Assembly: GCA_035510175.1 (NCBI GenBank)
Contig: DATKHQ010000061.1
Coordinates: 1 to 37,499, forward strand
DNA from: Candidatus Sulfotelmatobacter sp.
GTDB taxonomy: Bacteria > Acidobacteriota > Polarisedimenticolia > Polarisedimenticolales > DASRJG01
Direction: 5' to 3'
Length of the DNA stretch: 37,499 nt
Shown here: in pieces, positions 19,249-27,678 of the stretch
How the letters are laid out: each line of letters opens with the position of its first letter
Position numbering within the stretch: the first letter of the stretch is position 1
Notes under the pieces: model-generated
The model's database searches: none
Seen by the model: the letters and a program-made list of their open reading frames with translations, nothing else
What the model was told of the DNA's origin: nothing
Made by a program: the position numbers and the translations under genes

Positions 19249-20559
19249 ATGAAAGCGATCCGGATTCTTCTCATGGCGGGCGTCGCCGGCCTGGCGGTGA
19301 TCGGCCTCTCGCCGGTGTACGCGTTCCACTCCGGTGGCGTCGCCGAATGCGGCGGCTGCCACAGCATGCACGACGCGGCCTCGAACCCGCTCCTCCAGAA
19401 GGGCGATCCGAGCTCGACGTGCCTCAACTGCCACGAGCATGCGGGCGACACCGGCCCGAGCTCGTACCACATCTCGAGCGCCGTCGTCGACATGCCCGAC
19501 GGCGTGCCGCCGAAACAGCGCGGCCCGGCCGGCGACTTCGGCTGGCTGAAGAAGAACTACACCTACACGCTGCGCGGCACCCCGACGACCGACTTCGGGT
19601 ACACCCACGGCCACAACATCGTCGCGACGGATTTCGGGTACGTCGCCGATCCCGTCAACACCACGGCCCCCGGAGGGACGATGCCGTCCAACCAGCTCAG
19701 CTGCGTGAGTTGCCACGACCCGCACGACCGGACGCGTCGCCTCAACGACGGGACCCTCGTTTCGCCGAACCGGAACCAGGGGCAGACCTACGCACCGATC
19801 ATGGGCTCGGGCTCCTACGGTCTCGTTCCGCCGGCCGGTCTCGCGGCGGGCGTCTACCGGATCCTCGGCGACGTGAACTACGTTGCCTTCGACAACACGA
19901 CGTTCCCGGGCGTTCCCTCCGCGGTGACGCCGTCGACGTACAACCGGACGGAATTGGCGACGCAGACCCGCACCGCCTACGGCCACGCGACGACGGGCGG
20001 GTACGCGAGCTGGGGTCAGTGGTGCGCCACGTGCCACCCGAACATGCACAGCAACAACAACGCGCTGGCCCACCCGGTCGACCAGGCGCTCGGCACGACG
20101 ATCTCCAACAACTACAACGCCTACCTCAAGACGGGCGATCTGACCGGAACGCCGACCACGTCGTTCAACTCGTTGGTGCCCTTCACCGAATCGACGTCGG
20201 ACGTCGCCACGCTGGCCGCCCACGCCAAGACCGACGACTCGTACCTGAACGGGCCGGCCTCGAGCGATCGCGTGAACTGCCTCAGCTGCCACCGCGCTCA
20301 CGCGACGGCGTGGACCTACAGCCTCCGGTGGAACGGCGAGAACGAGTTCGTCACGATGGCCGACAGCACCGGCACGGCCGTGTACCCCGGCAAGGACGCC
20401 GTGGGCAACACGCCGGACGGCAAGGCGCTCAACCAGCAGACCCAGATCTTCAAGGGGTACACGGTGGCCGAGATGCAGGCCGGGTACTACGACCGGCCGG
20501 CGATCAAGTTCGCCGCCTATCAGCGCCAGCTCTGCAACAAGTGTCACATCCAGGATTGA
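19249..20559 (+). CDS. omcS: OmcS-family hexaheme c-type cytochrome (nanowire-forming cytochrome homologue)
   Basis: AAGGAGGA lies 5 nt before the ATG. Signal peptide ends VYA|FHSGGVAECGGCHSMH. Six CXXCH motifs (CGGCH, CLNCH, CVSCH, CATCH, CLSCH, CNKCH). Long runs match my recollection of G. sulfurreducens OmcS: CLNCH.HAGDTGPSSYHIS, GDFGW.KK, GHNIVA, TTAPGGT.P.NQL.C.SCHDPH, YRILG, PSTYNRTE..TQTR.AYG, VNCLSCHRAHA, KFA.YQR.LCNKCH..D. Confidence 0.9.
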   Translation: MKAIRILLMAGVAGLAVIGLSPVYAFHSGGVAECGGCHSMHDAASNPLLQKGDPSSTCLNCHEHAGDTGPSSYHISSAVVDMPDGVPPKQRGPAGDFGWLKKNYTYTLRGTPTTDFGYTHGHNIVATDFGYVADPVNTTAPGGTMPSNQLSCVSCHDPHDRTRRLNDGTLVSPNRNQGQTYAPIMGSGSYGLVPPAGLAAGVYRILGDVNYVAFDNTTFPGVPSAVTPSTYNRTELATQTRTAYGHATTGGYASWGQWCATCHPNMHSNNNALAHPVDQALGTTISNNYNAYLKTGDLTGTPTTSFNSLVPFTESTSDVATLAAHAKTDDSYLNGPASSDRVNCLSCHRAHATAWTYSLRWNGENEFVTMADSTGTAVYPGKDAVGNTPDGKALNQQTQIFKGYTVAEMQAGYYDRPAIKFAAYQRQLCNKCHIQD

Positions 20560-20598
20560 TCGTTCCTGTCTGTCGCGGATCCTCCCTGAAGGGCGGAA

Positions 20599-20628
20599 GG
20601 GGGCCGGTCGAACCGGCCCCCTTTTTTT
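20599..20628 (+). terminator. Rho-independent terminator after the omcS-like gene
   Basis: GGGGGCCGG (20599-20607), loop tcgaa, CCGGCCCCC (20613-20621), followed by TTTTTTT (20622-20628). It starts 40 nt after the stop codon. Confidence 0.85.
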
Positions 20629-20672
20629 GATTGCGTGCTCGGACTAGCCTTAGCGTTCCATCCGGGGGCGTC

Positions 20673-22079
20673 ATGTTGAGGGCCTGCATCGCGATCGGGA
20701 TAATCGGGCTCCTCGCCGTCCCTGGAGACCGCGCCGCGCGTCCCGCGGTTGGGGTACCGAGGGAAGGCGGCTACGTCGCCGTTTACGCCAAGCCGCTTTC
20801 ACCCGCGGCCGCCGGACTCACGCTCACGCTGGGCGGAGTCTCCGCCGTCCGGGAGGACGGCACCGCAGCGCCGCTGACGCTGACGATGCCGAGCTATCCC
20901 GATCCGGGCCCTCCCCGGCAACGGCTGCTGGCCTGGGGCTTCGTGCCTGCCGGAGCGTACGCGGGGCTCGCGATCAAGGTGCGCTCGGCCCGCGCGAGGA
21001 CCGACGGCGAGGGGCACGATCTTGCGGTCGGGACGGATGCTCCCGCAGCCAAGCTCCCGTTCCTCGCAGGGCCGCGCAGCGCCCTCGTCGCCACCGTCGA
21101 GCTCGACGTCGGAGCCTCGCGAAAGTCGGCCGACGAGCTCGCACCCGTGTTCGTGGCGACGATCCCGCCGACGCTCGCCTCGGGCCTGACGGGAGCGGTG
21201 ACGAGCCGCGGAACCGGCGTCGTCTCCTTGTTCGACAAGGTTTCGGGTCAGGTCGCCTCCGCGATCGCCGTCGGGCGGGCCCCGTCCGCGATGGCGATCG
21301 ACGACCTGAGAAACCGCCTTTATGTGGCCATCGGCGGGGACGACGCCGTCGCGACCCTCGACTTGCTCTCCCGTTCCGTGCTCGGCGTGGTACGGCTGCG
21401 CGGGGGCGACGAGCCGGTCTCGCTCGGGTTGACTCCGGACCGGCGCACCTTGCTGGTCGCCAACGCGGGCTCCTCGAGCGTCACGGTGTTCGACGCGTCG
21501 GGCCCGACGCTCGTCGAGCGGACGCGCGTCGAGGTCGGGAGCGGCCCGCGCTATCTCCTGGTCGACCGTGCCGGAACGCGGGCGTGGGTGTTCTGCGCCG
21601 ACGAGGACCGGGTGGTCGCACTCACCCTTCCGACGGGCGCTCTCGCCGGATCGGTGTCCTCCCCCGGCGGCCCCATCCGCGGGGATTTCAGCAAGGACGG
21701 GACCCGCCTGTACGTCCTTCACGCGTACTCGGCCTACCTGGACGTCGTGGACGCGTCGACGCTCGCGGTCACGCAGCGCGTGTTCGTCGGGCCGAAGTCG
21801 GTATCCATCAAGGTGGATTCCCAGACGGACAGGATCTACCTCGGGTTCAAGGGCTCGAAATCGATCTCCGTCTACGATCCGGCCGGACTGCTTCCCATCG
21901 ACGAAATCCGGACAGAAGGAGGCGCCGACTTCCTCACGATCGACGGCCAAGGGAACAATCTTTGCGTCATCGATTCCCTCAGGGGCGAGATTCGCCTCGT
22001 CCGGCTCGTCGGGAAGACGGTCGCGGCGCAGGTCGACCTCCCCGAGCCAAGTGAGGTCGCGCTCCTGGGCGAAAGGTGA
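20673..22079 (+). CDS. Exported protein: Ig-like N-terminal domain (DUF4382-like) plus YVTN/YncE-type beta-propeller
   Basis: Signal MLRACIAIGIIGLLAVPG. Repeated roughly 40-residue blades (GRAPSAMAIDDLRNRLYVA, PVSLGLTPDRRTLLVANAGSSSVTVFD, GPRYLLVDRAGTRAWV, FSKDGTRLYVLHAYSAYLDVVD, DSQTDRIYLGF). Confidence 0.8.
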   Translation: MLRACIAIGIIGLLAVPGDRAARPAVGVPREGGYVAVYAKPLSPAAAGLTLTLGGVSAVREDGTAAPLTLTMPSYPDPGPPRQRLLAWGFVPAGAYAGLAIKVRSARARTDGEGHDLAVGTDAPAAKLPFLAGPRSALVATVELDVGASRKSADELAPVFVATIPPTLASGLTGAVTSRGTGVVSLFDKVSGQVASAIAVGRAPSAMAIDDLRNRLYVAIGGDDAVATLDLLSRSVLGVVRLRGGDEPVSLGLTPDRRTLLVANAGSSSVTVFDASGPTLVERTRVEVGSGPRYLLVDRAGTRAWVFCADEDRVVALTLPTGALAGSVSSPGGPIRGDFSKDGTRLYVLHAYSAYLDVVDASTLAVTQRVFVGPKSVSIKVDSQTDRIYLGFKGSKSISVYDPAGLLPIDEIRTEGGADFLTIDGQGNNLCVIDSLRGEIRLVRLVGKTVAAQVDLPEPSEVALLGER

Positions 22080-24286
22080 CGGATTGCGTGGGGAGATCCG
22101 AGCAGAGGCGATTGCGGGGACGGCGGGGCCTTCCGCTCCTCCTCGTGGCGCTCGCGGCGGCGCTCGGCCCGGCCCGACCCGCGGCTGCGGACGACGAGCT
22201 CAACGGGTACCTCGAGCTGACCGGCGCCGCGTCGCGGCTGAACACCGAGGATGCGACCGGGGCGAGCACCGACGAGACCGCGCGATCGTTCCTGCAGCGC
22301 TACAGCCTCAACTTCGCGCACCGCTTCTTTCCGAACCTCGAGTTCCGCGTCGGTGGCCTTTACGAGCACGAGCGTCTGTCGACCGACCTCTCCGGCATCG
22401 AGAGCGTGGGCAACCGCCAGCGCGTCCTTCCGTACGCCCTGTTCACGCTCCGGACGCAGATCGTCCTCGCCGAGATCGGGTACGACCGGCGAACGGAGCG
22501 GTTCGACAACGATCTGTCCGTCTCGAAGCTTACGCAGGAGAACTGGCGGGCGAATTTCGGCTGGAACCCGCTCGATCTCCCGCGACTGCGCCTCGAGCTG
22601 TCCCGGAGGAACACGTTCGACCTGGGGCGAGAGGGGCTGGACACGACGGAGGATCGCGCGCAGCTGGGCATGCGCTACAGCGCGGAGACCTACGAGGTGA
22701 ACTACCGCGGATCGCTGGAGCGCGATACGGACCACATCCACGGCGGGGCCGTGGAGACGAACTTCCAGAGCGCCCACGCGGCCTGGGGGGACGCGTGGCT
22801 CGACCGGCGCCTCACGTTGAGCACGGACTACACGGTGAGCTACCGCGAGACGACGGCGACCGGCTCGAGCGCGGGGGAGATCATCCAGTCCGTGAACGCC
22901 GTCGCCGGCCTCTCGTCGATCGACGACACGCCGGATCACGATCCCCTCAACCCGAATGCCGCGCTGATCGACGGCAACCTGACCGTCGGCGCCGGGGTGG
23001 ACCTGGGCCTCCCCCCGCCGGGAGGGGACATCCGGCCCCGCAACATCGGTCTCGATCTCGGTTTCGCCAATCAGCTCAACACGATCCTGGTGTGGGTCGA
23101 CCAGACGCTCCCGCCGTCGATCGCGGGTTCGTTCTCCTGGAAGATCTACTCGAGCGACGACAACTTGAACTGGACGCTCACCCAGACCCTGGTCACGGCT
23201 CCGTTCGGGCCGTTCGACAACCGGTTCGAGATCCGCTTCCCCGCGCTGGTCACGCGATACGTCAAGCTCGTGGTCTCGCCGCTGTCGCCGATCGTTCCGG
23301 ATGCGACGAGCTGGCCCCAGATCCTCGTGACCGAGCTCGAGCCGCAGCTGCGCACGGCGGCGTCGGGCGTCGAGAACCACACCTCGGAGGTGTCGCAGCT
23401 GTTCAACGGCAACTTCAGGGCACGGCTGCTGAACGTGCCGGCGTTCTACTACGAGCTCGGCTACTTCCTCTCGAATCCCGGCACGGGGCCCACGCAGTGG
23501 ACGCTCTCGAACGGACTGTCCGTGATCCAGGCGCTCAGCCCGATCCTGACCGGACAGGCCCGTCTCTCGCGGGAGGACCGGCAGGAGCGCATCGGCAGGC
23601 AGACCGCATACCTGTTCAGCGGGGCGCTCACCGCGACCCCGATTTCGACCGTCCAGGAAAGCCTGGTGGTCTCGGCGGTGAACGAGCAGGGGGACTTCGG
23701 GCGGGATACCGCATCGGCCCTCTTCTCGAGCGCGGCGGAGCTCTATCGGGGGATCGGCGCCAATCTGGTGGTGGGCCGCTCGGTCATCCGGCCCCACGAG
23801 GGCGGGCAGTCGATTTCCGACACGGGCGAGATCGGCGTCACCCTGAACCCGAACTCGCAGCTGACGGTCAATCTCCTGCTCCAGGATCGGGTGACGGATA
23901 CGACGTTCCCGACGCCGGCTCAGCCCGAGCAGCGCGACGACACGCGCGCGGCGGAGATCGGCGCCGCCTACCGCCCGCTGCGCTCCCTCTACCTTTTCGC
24001 CTCGACACGCGCGGAGCGGAGCAATCAAACCGGGTCCCGGACGCTACGCAACTACGCGCTGAGCTGGGCTCCCTTCCCGGACGGGACGCTTCACTTCAGC
24101 GTGTTCTACGATTCGACCTACCACACGGAGCTGGCCGAGACGGAGCAGACGCTCGTTCCGTCCGTGCGGTGGGACGTCACGTCGCGGATCTACCTCCAGA
24201 CGTCGTATCAGGATCTTCGAACGGATTCGGTCCTCGGGTCGACGCGGACCAAGGTCTGGACGGCGACGGTTCACGCGGCGTTCTAA
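22076..24286 (+). CDS. Predicted outer-membrane beta-barrel protein carrying an internal discoidin (F5/8 type C)-like domain
   Basis: Arg-rich signal peptide; alternating-hydrophobicity strands (FLQRYSLNFAHRFF, LEFRVGGLYEHE, YALFTLRTQIVLAEIGY); C-terminal TKVWTATVHAAF ending in Phe (OMP beta-signal). Start is GTG 22076 (GTGA overlap) or GTG 22088, which has AAGGTGA 8 nt upstream. Confidence 0.7.
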   Translation: MTDCVGRSEQRRLRGRRGLPLLLVALAAALGPARPAAADDELNGYLELTGAASRLNTEDATGASTDETARSFLQRYSLNFAHRFFPNLEFRVGGLYEHERLSTDLSGIESVGNRQRVLPYALFTLRTQIVLAEIGYDRRTERFDNDLSVSKLTQENWRANFGWNPLDLPRLRLELSRRNTFDLGREGLDTTEDRAQLGMRYSAETYEVNYRGSLERDTDHIHGGAVETNFQSAHAAWGDAWLDRRLTLSTDYTVSYRETTATGSSAGEIIQSVNAVAGLSSIDDTPDHDPLNPNAALIDGNLTVGAGVDLGLPPPGGDIRPRNIGLDLGFANQLNTILVWVDQTLPPSIAGSFSWKIYSSDDNLNWTLTQTLVTAPFGPFDNRFEIRFPALVTRYVKLVVSPLSPIVPDATSWPQILVTELEPQLRTAASGVENHTSEVSQLFNGNFRARLLNVPAFYYELGYFLSNPGTGPTQWTLSNGLSVIQALSPILTGQARLSREDRQERIGRQTAYLFSGALTATPISTVQESLVVSAVNEQGDFGRDTASALFSSAAELYRGIGANLVVGRSVIRPHEGGQSISDTGEIGVTLNPNSQLTVNLLLQDRVTDTTFPTPAQPEQRDDTRAAEIGAAYRPLRSLYLFASTRAERSNQTGSRTLRNYALSWAPFPDGTLHFSVFYDSTYHTELAETEQTLVPSVRWDVTSRIYLQTSYQDLRTDSVLGSTRTKVWTATVHAAF
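22934..23346 (+). other. Discoidin/F5-8-type-C-like domain inserted within the barrel ORF
   Basis: AALIDGNLTV..NIGLDLGFANQLNTILVWVDQ..FSWKIYSSDDNLNWTL..RFEIRFPALVTRYVKLVV..ILVTELEP follows the DG-x-T / VDLG / W-Y-S-DG-W / ARYVRL / E-E pattern of discoidin domains. Confidence 0.5.
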
Positions 24287-24299
24287 AAGGACGGTCGGC

Positions 24300-24893
24300 A
24301 TGCGCACGATGAGATCGGTCTCCTACATGGCACTCGCGGTCTCGCTCCTCCCCGCTTCCGGGTGTGCGGGCCGGCACGCCGCCACGAACACCTTTCACGA
24401 GCCCACGATGGACTTCAGCCTCGTGCACACGGTGGCGGTCCTGCCGTTCTCCAACCTCACGCCGACCCAAACGGCGGCCGACCGGGTCCGGGGCGTGTTC
24501 GTCACGATGCTCCAAGCCCAGGGAGGGGAGATGTACGTGCTGCCCCTCGGCGAGGTCCAAAAGGGACTTTCCCGGACGGAGATCCAGCGCGCGGACCAAC
24601 CCTCCGCCGAAGACGTCGTCGTCCTGGGGAAAGCGCTCAGTGCCGACGCGGTGATCACCGGGAGCGTGATGGAGTACGGAGAAGCGCGCTCCGGCTCCGC
24701 TTCGGCGAACTACGTCTCGGTCTCGGCGCAGATGCTGGAGACCAAGACCGGCCGCCTCGTCTGGAGCGCGCAGTCGACGAAGGGGGGAGTGACCGCCGCG
24801 GACCGGATGTTCGGAGGAGGCGGCCAGCCCATGAACGTGATCACCGCCGATGCCGTGAACGAGCTGCTCGACAAGCTCTTCAAGGCGAAGTGA
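24300..24893 (+). CDS. Lipoprotein with a CsgG/LpoB/DUF799-like fold
   Basis: Lipobox LLPASG|C; VAVLPFSNLT....ADAVITGSVMEY pattern typical of the CsgG/LpoB/TolB-N-like family. AAGGA upstream of the ATG. Confidence 0.75.
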   Translation: MRTMRSVSYMALAVSLLPASGCAGRHAATNTFHEPTMDFSLVHTVAVLPFSNLTPTQTAADRVRGVFVTMLQAQGGEMYVLPLGEVQKGLSRTEIQRADQPSAEDVVVLGKALSADAVITGSVMEYGEARSGSASANYVSVSAQMLETKTGRLVWSAQSTKGGVTAADRMFGGGGQPMNVITADAVNELLDKLFKAK

Positions 24894-25960
24894 GCGCCGT
24901 GCTCCCGCTAGGAGCGCCTCTTCTGGCTCTGGCCGCCCTGGCCGGCCCCCTTCGCGTGGCGGTCCTCCCCGTGGAGAACCTCACCGGCCGCGTGCTCGAC
25001 GGTGCTCCGATCGAGCGGGCCTGGCGGGGGGCGCTCGCCGCGAGCGGCATGGAGGTACTGGACGATCCGACGCGTGGGGCCTTGATGGACCGTCATCGGG
25101 TGCGGTACGTGGGCGGCGTCTCGCCGGACCTCGCCACCGCCTTCCGCGAGGAGGCGCAGGTCCAGGCGGTGATGATCACCTCCGTGGAGCGCTGGATCGA
25201 GCACGCGCCTCCGGTCCTCTCGCTGCATGCCCGCCTCGTCTCGACCGAGGCCGAGCCCTCGATCCTCTGGGTCGGCGGCCTCGGAGCGACGGGCGAGGAC
25301 CACCCCGGGTTCCTCGGGCTCGGAGTCGTGGACGACCCGAAGGTGCTTCTCGCGCGGGTGGTCGCGGATCTCGCGGCGTCGGTCAAGGGGGCTGTCTCGG
25401 GCGGGGCCTCCCGCACGCCGTCCGGCGAGCGCCGGTTCCGGCCCAAGCTTGCGTTCGCCAGCGTGGTCGCCGGCGAAGAAGGAGGGTCGCTTCGGGTCGC
25501 CGTGCTTCCCTTCACGAACCGCACGGACCGCCGGCGCGGCGGGGATCTCGTCGCGGCGCACTTCGTCGCGGCGCTCGCCGGGCGCCCCGGTATCCGAGTC
25601 GTGGAGCCCGGCATCGTCCGCGAGGTACTTCTCAAGCTCCGGGTGATCCCCGAAGGAGGGATCCCCTACGCACAGGCCGAGCTGCTCCGCGAGACGCTCG
25701 GGGCCGATCTCGTGCTGATGGGGGAGGTCCTGGATTACAGCGATGCGGACGTCGACGGTCCCCCTCCCATCGTCGATTTCACCGTGCAAGCGCTCGACGC
25801 CGCCCATCGCCGCGTGGCGTGGTCCGCGTTCAGCCACTCCACCGGTACGGACGGCGTCTGGTTCTTCGAGCGGGGCCGGCTCCGGACCGCCCACGCGCTC
25901 GCTGCGGCGATGGCGCGCTCCGCGGTCGAGGCGCTGCTCACCGCGAAAGGAAAGCCGTGA
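24890..25960 (+). CDS. Exported protein with two tandem CsgG/LpoB-like domains
   Basis: Two copies of the motif (RVAVLPVENLTG ... and RVAVLPFTNRTD ... GADLVLMGEVLDY). The GTG start overlaps the upstream stop (GTGA at 24890-24893). Confidence 0.7.
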   Translation: MSAVLPLGAPLLALAALAGPLRVAVLPVENLTGRVLDGAPIERAWRGALAASGMEVLDDPTRGALMDRHRVRYVGGVSPDLATAFREEAQVQAVMITSVERWIEHAPPVLSLHARLVSTEAEPSILWVGGLGATGEDHPGFLGLGVVDDPKVLLARVVADLAASVKGAVSGGASRTPSGERRFRPKLAFASVVAGEEGGSLRVAVLPFTNRTDRRRGGDLVAAHFVAALAGRPGIRVVEPGIVREVLLKLRVIPEGGIPYAQAELLRETLGADLVLMGEVLDYSDADVDGPPPIVDFTVQALDAAHRRVAWSAFSHSTGTDGVWFFERGRLRTAHALAAAMARSAVEALLTAKGKP

Positions 25961-27660
25961 GAGTACGAATCCCCATCCTCGCCGCAGCACTCTCCGCCGG
26001 GCTCGCATCCTGGGCCCTCGCGGCACCGCCGGCGGCATCCTCGTCGCCTCCCGAGCTCCCACTGATCCAGGGGCGGCGGGCGATCGCCACGGTCAACGGC
26101 CAGCCCGTCACATGGGGCGCCTTCCGGGAGGCGCTTGCGTCCGTTCACGAGAACGCGCCGGAGGCCACCAAGCGCGCGAAGCAGGACCCGCAGGCGCTGC
26201 TCGATCGGCTGATCACGGGAAAGCTGATCGTCCAGGAGGCGCGCAACATCGGTCTCGACCATGAGCCGGCGTACACCGCGGCGCTCGAATCGTTTCGGCT
26301 CGACACGCTCCAGAAGATGGTGCTCGACCGTCCGGCCTCCGAGGTCAAGAAGCCGTCCGATGCGGACGTCCGCTCCCTGTACGTCACGCGGGTCGGGGTC
26401 GCGCGGATCGACTCGGTGCTCTTCAAGACCAAGGCCGAGGCGGACGCGTTCTCCGCCGCCGTCAAGGGAGGGCGCGCGTTCGCCGATGCGGCGCGCGCGG
26501 CGCAGGGCTCCGGCGCGACCTGGCAGCCGAACGAGACGATCAAGCTGGCCGAGGCGCAGACCGAGGTCGCGGGTGCGATCGCGGTCCTCCATCCAGGCGA
26601 GACAAGCAAAGCCCTCCAGGTACAGGACGGATGGACGGTGGTCACCCCGCACGAGGTGACGGTCCCCGACGATCCCGTCGCGCGGAAGGAATCCGAGGAT
26701 CAGGCCCTCGACTACGCGCGACTGCAAGCGGTGGGCGCCTACACGCGCGACCTCCGGAAGCGCTACGCGAAGGTGGACGAGGCGCTCCTGGCGAGCCTCG
26801 ACTTCGAGGCGAAGGAGCCCGGCTTCGCGCGGCTCAAGACGGACGAGCGCGTGGTCGCTAGGGTCACCGGCCAGCCGCCGATCACGGTCGCCGAGATCGC
26901 CAAGGCCGTGGAGGCGAATTTCTTCCACGGGCTCGAAGGCGCAATCGCGAAACACCAGGTCAACCCGCGCAAGCCCGTCGCCTTCGACGAGATCCTGGTC
27001 CGGCGTCTGACCGTCGCGGAGGCGACGCGTCTCGGCATCGAGTCCTCGGCCGACTACCGGGAGCGAAAGGAGCAGTTCGAGGATGGGGCGCTGTTCGACG
27101 CGTTCGTGAAGCGCGTCATCGTTCCCGACGTCCGGGTCGCCCCCGCCGAGGCGCGCGCGTACTACGACGCCCACGCGGACAGCTACGCGACCCCCGCGAT
27201 GCTCCGCCTCGATTCCATCGCGTTCGGGAAGCGATCCGACGCGGAGGTCGCCCTCAAGAAGGTCCGCGACGGCGCCGATTTCGGCTGGCTCAAGCAGAAT
27301 GCGGCTGGCCGGACCGACGCGAGCGACGTCATGAATCTTAACGGCGGAGTCTACTCGGTCAACGGCGTCGATCCCGGAATGAACAAGGCGCTCGCCAATC
27401 CCAAGGACGGGGATGCCCGTCTCTTCTCGGCGGACGACGGGACGAGCTACGTGATCCTGGTGCGGGAGGTGTTCCCGCCGAAGATCAAGCCTTTCGAGGA
27501 GGCGCAGGAGAACGCCACGCGTCAGGTCCTGAACGAGAAGCTCAAGAAGTCCCTGGACGACTGGACGAAGAAGCTGAGATCGGCGTACGAAGTGAAGACG
27601 TTCGTGACCCCCGCGCAGCTCGAAGCGCTCGTCAAAAGGGAATTCGGAGTCAAAGCCTGA
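25957..27660 (+). CDS. SurA/PrsA-like periplasmic chaperone with two parvulin (PpiC)-like domains
   Basis: Signal VRVRIPILAAALSAGLASWALA; SurA-type N-terminal helices (LLDRLITGKLIVQEARNIGL); two parvulin-like segments (ARIDSVLFKTKAEADAFSAAVKGGRAFADAA and LRLDSIAFGKRSDAEVALKKVRDGADFGWL). GTGA overlap with the upstream stop. Confidence 0.75.
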   Translation: MRVRIPILAAALSAGLASWALAAPPAASSSPPELPLIQGRRAIATVNGQPVTWGAFREALASVHENAPEATKRAKQDPQALLDRLITGKLIVQEARNIGLDHEPAYTAALESFRLDTLQKMVLDRPASEVKKPSDADVRSLYVTRVGVARIDSVLFKTKAEADAFSAAVKGGRAFADAARAAQGSGATWQPNETIKLAEAQTEVAGAIAVLHPGETSKALQVQDGWTVVTPHEVTVPDDPVARKESEDQALDYARLQAVGAYTRDLRKRYAKVDEALLASLDFEAKEPGFARLKTDERVVARVTGQPPITVAEIAKAVEANFFHGLEGAIAKHQVNPRKPVAFDEILVRRLTVAEATRLGIESSADYRERKEQFEDGALFDAFVKRVIVPDVRVAPAEARAYYDAHADSYATPAMLRLDSIAFGKRSDAEVALKKVRDGADFGWLKQNAAGRTDASDVMNLNGGVYSVNGVDPGMNKALANPKDGDARLFSADDGTSYVILVREVFPPKIKPFEEAQENATRQVLNEKLKKSLDDWTKKLRSAYEVKTFVTPAQLEALVKREFGVKA

Positions 27661-27678
27661 CATGATGCCGGTGCCGAA

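Noticed and set aside
19123-20547. 474-aa minus-strand ORF
   Set aside because: It lies antisense to the OmcS homologue, whose frame has a strong SD, a signal peptide and six CXXCH motifs.
21872-24028. 718-aa minus-strand ORF, plus the 914-aa plus-strand ORF 21568-24312
   Set aside because: These are shadow or out-of-frame ORFs over the beta-propeller and OM barrel genes. Both are Arg/Pro/Gly-rich and lack motifs.
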